DNA of 64,000 bases, taken from IMG/VR virus record IMGVR_UViG_3300029258_003681; one strand, given 5' to 3'. This DNA comes from a virus. A program made the position numbers and the translations under genes. Positions 57,125 through 64,000 of this stretch are shown in pieces. Each line of letters begins with the position of its first letter. Within the stretch, counting starts at the first letter, position 1. Under the pieces are notes generated by a model, which did no database searches, was not told where the DNA came from, and saw only the letters and a program-made list of their open reading frames with translations.

Positions 57125-58021
57125 ATGGACCCTAATGATCCGTATGTTTGGCTGCCTCGGGAGTTGTGGGACAATGTGGTGGTCTTTTCTGGGATTGTGA
57201 ATGCTGATGTTTATGCGGTTTTGTACAACGCGATTCGTGGGCATTTGAAGATGCACAGCGAGAAGTGGACCCAGGAGCAAAAGGATCGATTTGCTGAGTT
57301 GCTTCAGTTGCGAAAGAAGGACAGGGGAGAGTGCGATGCCGACGTTGGATGAAATTCTTGATGGTGAGGTCGGTCCTCGATGGAAGGCCAAGGGTCGCGG
57401 CCAGATGCTTGTGCCCGAGCAGATGCTGCGGCAGTGGCGACTGCATCCGCGCGAGATGTATAAGATATTCCAGCTGTTCGAGGAGTCCATGAACAATGAT
57501 GGTTTTCGGTACGAAGCGATCACGCCTGATCTGCTCCTTGGCAAGCTTCCGATGATTATGCATAGGACATGGTTTGAGGCGATGAACAAGGGGTGGGTTG
57601 TTGGTGAGATTCCTCCATTTAGGTTCGAGCAGAACTCGATAAACCCGAGCCATATCGGGCTCGTTTGGGAGGGGCGCATGGTCTCTGTGAATTTCGATCC
57701 TGACGGTTGATAAACGCTGCGTGGCATGGTAATGTGCTGTTGTTGATTGCTGCTGAGATGGCGGCATGGGAGGGTTGAATGCTGTTCGATTTCATTCTGA
57801 GAATTCCTTATTATCTTGTGCGATTTTTCGTGCCGAGGTCCGTGTGGGATGGGTGGTTGGCATCTTTTCGGGAGTTGGAGGCGGGTATCGATCGGCGCAA
57901 GCGTGATGATGGGGTGCCGAATAATTATGTAGAACATAGAAAATGGGAGAATAAAAATTGTACGTGGCGACGGTCTATCAGGTGGAAGCTGATCAAAAAG
58001 CGCTGGCCGTTATCGATCTGA
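57125..58021 (+). other. three hypothetical CDS (57125..57352, 57336..57710, 57779..58021); promoter TTGATA-N17-TAATGT at 57707..57735
   Basis: ORF track, SD sites. Confidence 0.55.
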
Positions 58022-58028
58022 GAGGGAG

Positions 58029-59402
58029 ATGATGTTTGAGATCAGAGGGAAGTACGCGAGGGCTGATGTGTTTGCTGATCAGGTTGAGGAGACATGCCTC
58101 GGGCAGATCACGAAGATGGTGAATCATCCAGCGTTCGATTTGGGCGGCAGTGAAGAGAAGCACATTGCTATTATGCCCGACACTCATGCTGGCAAGGGAT
58201 CGGTGATCGGGTTCACGATGCCGCTTCAGAGGCGTGTCGTCGCGAATGTCGTTGGTGTTGATATTGGTTGCGGGATGAGCGGCTCGAAATTTATCCCCGC
58301 AGGGACATTGGATCTTCCCGAGGTGGACAAGAGGATCCGTGAGGCGGTTCCCTTGGGGCACGAGGTGAACGAGAAATCGCAGCACAGTCTGTACGAGTTT
58401 CACAATGGTGGACCGAAGTCTATTTTCTTTTCCTATCTCCAGACGTACGCTCGGGTGGTGTGGGGTTTCTTGGTTCGTGGTGGGCATAGCAAGGAGGCTG
58501 CAAAACCACCGTTGTTTAACATAGAGTGGTATGAGCAGCTCTGCGATCGGGTCGGAATGAAGTTCGGGCGCGCGCAGGCCAGCGTGGGATCCCTCGGTGG
58601 TGGAAACCATTTTATAGAGGTGGGGATCAACGATGATGGCCATTACTGGGTGATTGTTCATTCGGGGTCGCGCCAGCTCGGCGAGAAGGTTTGTCGGTAT
58701 TGGCAGCGACTTGCGAGCCAGAGACGGGCGGAGAAGGTAGGCGCCGAGTATGAGGCTGCGGTTCGTAGCATACGGGACAGGACCAAGGATCGTTCGCAGA
58801 TACCAAAACGTATCAAGGAGCTGCGTCAACGGATGGGGGTGTACGGTGGACCGAAAGAGCTGGACTTTCTTGAGGGCGACGATTTCTACGGCTACATATG
58901 GGACATGTACTTTGCCCAGCAGTATGCCTCGGCGAACCGTGGAACGATCATGGCCGAGTGCATGAATGTGCTCTGTCCGACGTTTCCGACTGGCCCGCAG
59001 GTATTGGAGATGGGGACTACGTATGCCGAGACGGTCCACAACTACATTGACTACGATGATCTGGTGATTCGCAAGGGGGCCGTGCGCGCCCACAAGGACG
59101 AGACTTTCATTTTGCCGTTCAACATGCGGGACGGCACGCTGATCTGCAAGGGTCTGGGCAACAAGGACTGGAATCAATCTGCTCCTCACGGGGCGGGGAG
59201 GCTCTTGCCTCGTGGCGTGGCCAAGCGGACCCTGGACGCGACTGAGGCGGAGAAACAGATGGAAGGCATTTACACCTCGATGATTCCATTGGACGAGGCT
59301 CCAGGGGCGTACAAGCCCGCACAGGCGATCGAGGAGGCGATTGCGCCGACGGCGAAGATCGTAGAACGCATAAAGCCAGTGCTCAACATAAAGGCGGGGT
59401 AG
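58029..59402 (+). CDS. rtcB: RNA 3'-phosphate/5'-OH ligase RtcB
   Basis: MPDTHAG, VGVDIGCG, SLGGGNHFIE, HSGSR, HNY, RKGA, PFNM, SAPHGAGR, DEAPGAYK. Confidence 0.96.
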   Translation: MMFEIRGKYARADVFADQVEETCLGQITKMVNHPAFDLGGSEEKHIAIMPDTHAGKGSVIGFTMPLQRRVVANVVGVDIGCGMSGSKFIPAGTLDLPEVDKRIREAVPLGHEVNEKSQHSLYEFHNGGPKSIFFSYLQTYARVVWGFLVRGGHSKEAAKPPLFNIEWYEQLCDRVGMKFGRAQASVGSLGGGNHFIEVGINDDGHYWVIVHSGSRQLGEKVCRYWQRLASQRRAEKVGAEYEAAVRSIRDRTKDRSQIPKRIKELRQRMGVYGGPKELDFLEGDDFYGYIWDMYFAQQYASANRGTIMAECMNVLCPTFPTGPQVLEMGTTYAETVHNYIDYDDLVIRKGAVRAHKDETFILPFNMRDGTLICKGLGNKDWNQSAPHGAGRLLPRGVAKRTLDATEAEKQMEGIYTSMIPLDEAPGAYKPAQAIEEAIAPTAKIVERIKPVLNIKAG

Positions 59403-59406
59403 AAGG

Positions 59407-60599
59407 ATGGAGCTAGACAAAGATTCTGTAGAGAGATTTCGTGCTGGGGATGGAGTTTGTCCATTTTGCGGAGGAGAGGTTGAAACAGAGAGAGGGCAAA
59501 AGGACGATGATGATATTGGGATATATGTCCAGCCATATTGGTGTCTGAGTGAGGGGTGTGAGCGGGAGTGGGAATGTACATATACGCTCACTAGCATAGA
59601 GGAAACTACCGAAGTATTCGACGAAGATTGAGATGAGCAAGCGGAAGATATTTGATATGGGAAGGAGCCTCGTGCGGGGACAGGATGTATTTCGTCTGAT
59701 TTATGATGATATGGGGTTTCTCCAGGAGCCTCGTCAGGTTGGCGAGGTTTGTGGCATAAAGATTTTTGAGGATCCAGAGATCCCGTCTGGCGAGGTTCAC
59801 TTCAAGGACTCTATTGATGGTCGATTGCTTGGTCGTATTATTGGATGGAAGGGTGAAGATGGAGTGTAAAGTGCCAGGCGGTAAGATTAGGCAAATGTGT
59901 GAATGCAATTCGTTTAATTGCAGGTTGTTCACTGATGTTCCGATTGAAGAGGCGAAGGAAATCAAACATCAACGATGGGTCATTATCGTTTTTGGTTGCC
60001 GTCATGGGCCTGATCCTACGGATACAAGAGTGGCGGAGCGGCGTGGATATACGATCTATCGGGAAGGAAAATGAAATGGATGTTCTCAAGGGCTATTTTG
60101 TGACGATGCCAGACGGGTCGAAATGGAGAGTTCCGTTGTTGGTAATTGCTCGGGATCGGGCCAAATCATACGCTCCTGAATTTGGCAACGATGTGATCCG
60201 AAGTCTCAAAGAGGACACTCTTCCGTTGTTCGAGTCGGATCCTGGCGAGTGTGCGGACTGGGCCAAGAACAACATGAACTGGGACGACGTGAAGGATAAA
60301 GCAGTACAGGTCAGCCCGAGTGAGTCACTTGATTACCAGGAGGGCTGGGTCAACGGAGAGTGGGAGATCCAATGACTGATGAAGTCAAAGGATACATCCT
60401 GGGTGTGGTAAGGGACTTGGTGAGTGATTTTCTCTATTACGATCGCAAGGAGGATGAGGAACTGGCCCTTGGCGAGATCGAGGTTGCGATTGCGAATGGT
60501 GTCATTGGCACACAGGATATAGTTGACGAGTTCGAGAGGGTGCTGAAAAAAGAGCTAATCGAGGTATGCAAAGATTGTTCGAAACATATCCGTGTTTAA
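59407..60599 (+). other. five small hypothetical CDS (59407..59631, 59633..59869, 59859..60074, 60076..60375, 60372..60599)
   Basis: ORF track with refined starts. Confidence 0.5.
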
Positions 60600-60616
60600 A
60601 AGGAGGGACGTAGGCG

Positions 60617-61426
60617 ATGAAGGATGCACTCGGCGATCGAATGAAGGACTACGAGTCTCGCGAGGCAGGGCGGAAGTTCATTCCTTTGATGCCTGTGGTG
60701 GCGCGGCTCGACGGTCGGGCATTTCACTCTTTTTGCAAGGGGATGGATCGGCCCTACGATCCTGATTTCCTTGGGGCTATGGATGAGACGGCGAAATATC
60801 TGGTCGCGGAAACGCGGGCATTGATGTCGTATGTCCAGTCGGATGAGATCACGTTGTTGTGGTATTCCGAGGACTACAGGAGCCAGATCTTTTTCGATGG
60901 CAAGATACAGAAGATGGTATCGATCCTTGCTTCGATGGCTTCTGTGTTTTTCGGCTCGGAGATCGCCAAGGCGTATCCCGAGAAGGCACATCATTTTCCT
61001 GTGTTTGATTGTCGTGTGTGGCAGGTCCCCAACAAGACGGAGGCTGTGAATACTTTTATTTGGCGCGAGAAGGATGCGATACGAAACTCGATCCAGTCTC
61101 TTGCTCAGTCGCTATATTCTCCTGCGGAGTTGCACGGGAAGAGCACGGCGGAGCAAAAGGGTATGGCATTTTACAAGGGGACCAATTGGGATGGTTTGCC
61201 AGAGAGGATCAGGAAGGGTGCATTTTTCTGGCGCCGAAAGAAGCTCCGAAAGTTCTCAAGTGAGGAGCTTGACAGGCTTCCTGCGAGGCACGCGGCGCGG
61301 ACTGATCCTGATTTGATGGTTGAGCGATACGGGATTGAAGAGTTGAAGACACATCCGTTGCCGTTGGTTGAGAACCGTGAGGCAGTCTTTTTTGAGGGTG
61401 CGGATCCAGAGATCAAGGAGGGTTAG
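60617..61426 (+). CDS. tRNA-His guanylyltransferase Thg1-like (3'-5' polymerase)
   Basis: GDRMKDYE, VARLDGRAFHSF, YVQSDEITLL, FDCR, WREKDAIRNS. Confidence 0.92.
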   Translation: MKDALGDRMKDYESREAGRKFIPLMPVVARLDGRAFHSFCKGMDRPYDPDFLGAMDETAKYLVAETRALMSYVQSDEITLLWYSEDYRSQIFFDGKIQKMVSILASMASVFFGSEIAKAYPEKAHHFPVFDCRVWQVPNKTEAVNTFIWREKDAIRNSIQSLAQSLYSPAELHGKSTAEQKGMAFYKGTNWDGLPERIRKGAFFWRRKKLRKFSSEELDRLPARHAARTDPDLMVERYGIEELKTHPLPLVENREAVFFEGADPEIKEG

Positions 61427-62121
61427 ATGAAAGGTTGGCAAAAAGGGTATCCTGAGAAGAAGGGGTGGTATCGTGCGGTCGTGAAATATAATCTCTCCAA
61501 AGAGGAAAATATACGACATGAGTTTGTGGAGGTCCTTGATACGGTAGCGGATGCTGATCATCGTTATCAGGTGGTGGGTCTTGAGGCAGCTATTTCCTAT
61601 GAAGACCATCGCGAGTGTGAGATTTTATATTTCTGGTCAGAGCCAGAATTGACGTTCACGATTCCATATGAGCAGAAGTATAAAGATATGGCTGCTTTGG
61701 AACGTGATATTGCCATATTGCAGGACGCGATGAGCGAGGGTAATTATGGTTTGGTGTGGAATATGGTGGGGCGAGAATATCATGGTGAGACTGACGAGGG
61801 GGAGGTTCGGGCCAGGATTGTTGCTGTTGAGCCAGCAAAGGGACGGATTCATGTTGATCGCGTGAGTGAGGGGACAAAACTTCCTGAGTACATTAAGGTT
61901 AATTTTCAGGGGTGAGAGGAATGAGACTTAAGATTACACCTCCGTTATGTGAGTGCGGAACGAAGATGAAGAAAAAGATTAGTGATAATGTATACGCGCA
62001 GAAGGAGGCTGTTGGATATTATTGGAGATGTCCTAATTGTGCCCAGCGGAAATTTGGGGATGATAATTGGACAGTTCGACCCAGGAATTTTGGGATTGAA
62101 GGTAAAGACTTTGATTGTTGA
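61427..62121 (+). other. two hypothetical CDS (61427..61915; 61912..62121 Zn ribbon)
   Basis: ORF track. Confidence 0.5.
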
Positions 62122-62140
62122 GGAGTGAAAGGGGAAATCC

Positions 62141-62389
62141 ATGGATCGCAGAACTGGGGATATTATTGATGCTGAGGCGTATGACGCGCTGAAAAAGGAG
62201 AAGCCCGAGGTGGCCCAGCAATTTTTCGCGCCTGTCCGTACCCCGCTTACGCCCTATCAGCGCGAGACCAAGAAGATAGGTCGCAATGATCCGTGCGTGT
62301 GCGGGAGCGGCAAGAAGTTCAAAAAGTGTTGTTATCTGAAGCCCGAGGAAGAGGCTGATGAGCAAGCGGACAAGAAGCCAGGTGAATGA
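62141..62389 (+). CDS. SEC-C motif protein
   Basis: [20 protein letters not shown]. Confidence 0.85.
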   Translation: MDRRTGDIIDAEAYDALKKEKPEVAQQFFAPVRTPLTPYQRETKKIGRNDPCVCGSGKKFKKCCYLKPEEEADEQADKKPGE

Positions 62390-63999
62390 AGCTTGCTTGC
62401 CCACTGTGCGGGAAGATGGTGACGACGAAGAAGTTGGTGCCGATCCAAGGTTCGTTTTTCAAAGGACGGATCGCGCGCTGTTGCCGTGAGTGTTTCGACA
62501 AGCCAGACGAGGAGCACAGGGAGGAGTACGAGCGCGAATGCGAGGAGTACGAAAAGGGAAGGTGAAGCCGATGATCAATTTGGTGGATATCGAGAGCATC
62601 AATCAGATCCCTGGGCGCGGGACGGTGATTGCTGTCGACACGCGCAAGTACGCTGTCCCGTTTGATGTCGGGATGATGGTGAACCACGAGGGTTTGATTT
62701 TCCTGGTTGATGGGATCGAAACGGGTGCTGGCTCGATTGTCGGGTTGCAGGTATCGGCGCTCAAGGCCGCTCCAGGGAAGCACGCGTGGCGTTTTAGTCC
62801 GATTTGTCCGTGGTGCGGGGAGGGGGTTCCGATTCCGCATCCGGTGTTTGGCGCAGATGCCCCAGAGTGCCCATCGTGCAATCAGAATTATGTGCTCAAT
62901 ACCGAGTTGGTGTACCAGACGGCGCGGGTTGAGAAATTTGTTGAGAGCAGTGAGATCGAGGGCTCTTGTACGGGGGCCTGTGGATGTAGTGACATAGGGT
63001 CAGACAATGTGAAAGAGGGGTAGGCCAAGGGGCTGTTATGAGCAACACAATAAAGGGTGTTCGGTTATCAGGATTGTCAAATGATGTTCTGGAAGTGGAT
63101 GTGGAAGTTGATGATCCGATGGTTTGCAAGTGGATAAAACGCGGGTGGGTTACGGGTGTGTCCACCTCTCATAATGTTAGTTCCCAAACAGGGGAATGTT
63201 TGTCGATGTGTGGGCAGTTGAGTTTCCTTTATGCTTTTCCTTGGTGGTACAGGATTTATTTGTGGGTGTTGAAGAAGGTCAGGCGTCTCACCAGGAAGCA
63301 AGCGGTTATTCAGGTGACTCGCAAGGAGGATTAGAAAATCAAGGCGACGAGATGAAATAAGGAGTGGCAATGACGGATGAGAAAAAAGACAAGGTTGAGA
63401 TTCATATAGTTCTGGAAGGGAGCGGCGTGACAGAGATCTCGGGTTTGGTCAAAAAGGTCTTTGGAGTTGAGAGGGGAGAGATCCCTGGTGGACTGCCGAT
63501 TACCCCAGCGTCGAGCGTGGATGAGTATGTAGAAGTAAAGAACGAGGTGTGTCCCGCTTGTGGCTTTTTGCCGGTGTTCGACTTTGATGATAATATTGAC
63601 CATGATTCAAGCCACGTGAAGACCTGTGTGTACTACAAGGGAAAGTAATCTGGCATGATCAAATGTCCACGATGCAAGACGACCGAAGGGATCACGGCTG
63701 TTAGGTGGAGGGGGCCACGGGATGCGATCTCGTTTCAGTTCAACTGCTCGGCCTGCGGGGTGATGTGGAAGCGGAGTTGGGGAGTTCGTCGGCGCGAGAT
63801 CGCGGAGCAGCGGCGCAAGGAGATGGAGAACGTCGAGATCGTCAAGAGCCGTCTTGACCGCAAACTTGACGAGGATCGTGCAAAGATGAAGCGCGGAGAG
63901 TGCCCTCGTTGTGGTGGCAAATTGACTGTCGTGGTTGATGAGGAGCGGTCGTGCGAGAGATTGGTCAGGTCAGACACGACATGTGATGGGTGCGATTTT
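62386..63999 (+). other. five small mostly Cys-rich CDS (62386..62565, 62571..63023, 63038..63334, 63364..63648, 63655..edge, 3'-truncated)
   Basis: ORF track plus manual translation of 62386..62565 and 63655..end. Confidence 0.5.
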
Positions 64000-64000
64000 A

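Noticed and set aside
1567-59597. Long minus-strand ORFs (e.g. 1567..2715, 18592..19986, 33620..34753, 44406..45623, 52253..53665, 57993..59597)
   Set aside because: Each is the antisense shadow of a motif-bearing + strand gene; they show no recognisable motifs, SD sites or promoters.
1-64000. Stop-codon reassignment (suggested by the TCA-readable tRNA)
   Set aside because: Conserved genes are unbroken in the standard code and end at TGA, TAG and TAA, often with ATGA overlaps to the next gene.
1-64000. Prophage boundary, integrase or IS element
   Set aside because: No integrase or transposase motifs, terminal inverted repeats or switch to host-like gene organisation seen; the only mobile element found is the intein.

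Overview
This 64-kb window looks like the non-structural (early/middle) region of a large dsDNA bacteriophage. About 120 tightly packed ORFs all lie on the + strand, many with ATGA-type overlaps and strong GGAGG Shine-Dalgarno sites, driven by repeated sigma70-like promoters (GTTGACAAACG-N~17-TANNAT). I recognised no capsid, tail, terminase, integrase or CRISPR genes. Recognisable modules are: (i) NAD salvage genes (pncA, pncB, nadE) interleaved with a TerY-P-like vWA/PP2C/kinase triad; (ii) replication and recombination genes (DnaC-like loader, DnaB, gp32-like SSB, SF2 helicase with intein, RecA, resolvase, DUF932); (iii) an RNA cluster (tmRNA, four tRNAs with unusual anticodon loops in three, several tRNA-mimic RNAs, an unidentified ~300-nt structured RNA) plus RNA-repair proteins (RtcB, Thg1-like, Pol-beta nucleotidyltransferase, TROVE-like/vWA protein); and (iv) host-like accessory genes (GroES, Hsp20, KhpA, YccA/BI-1, CoaB-aldolase fusion). 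Four observations stand out. First, three related Y-RNA-like elements share a GAG(A/G)ACTG terminal stem: one encloses a circularly permuted tRNA, one a complete colinear tRNA cloverleaf, and one no tRNA; the last two sit directly upstream of the Ro60-like TROVE/vWA gene. Second, an intein encodes its LAGLIDADG endonuclease in a different reading frame while the splicing frame stays open. Third, a leader hairpin with an N(A/G)GAU pentaloop recurs before at least 11 ribosome-binding sites. Fourth, nine copies of an RCGARC-N4-GTTCGC dyad resemble a Cheo/LexA box. All family assignments come from visual motif recognition; no database searches were run.
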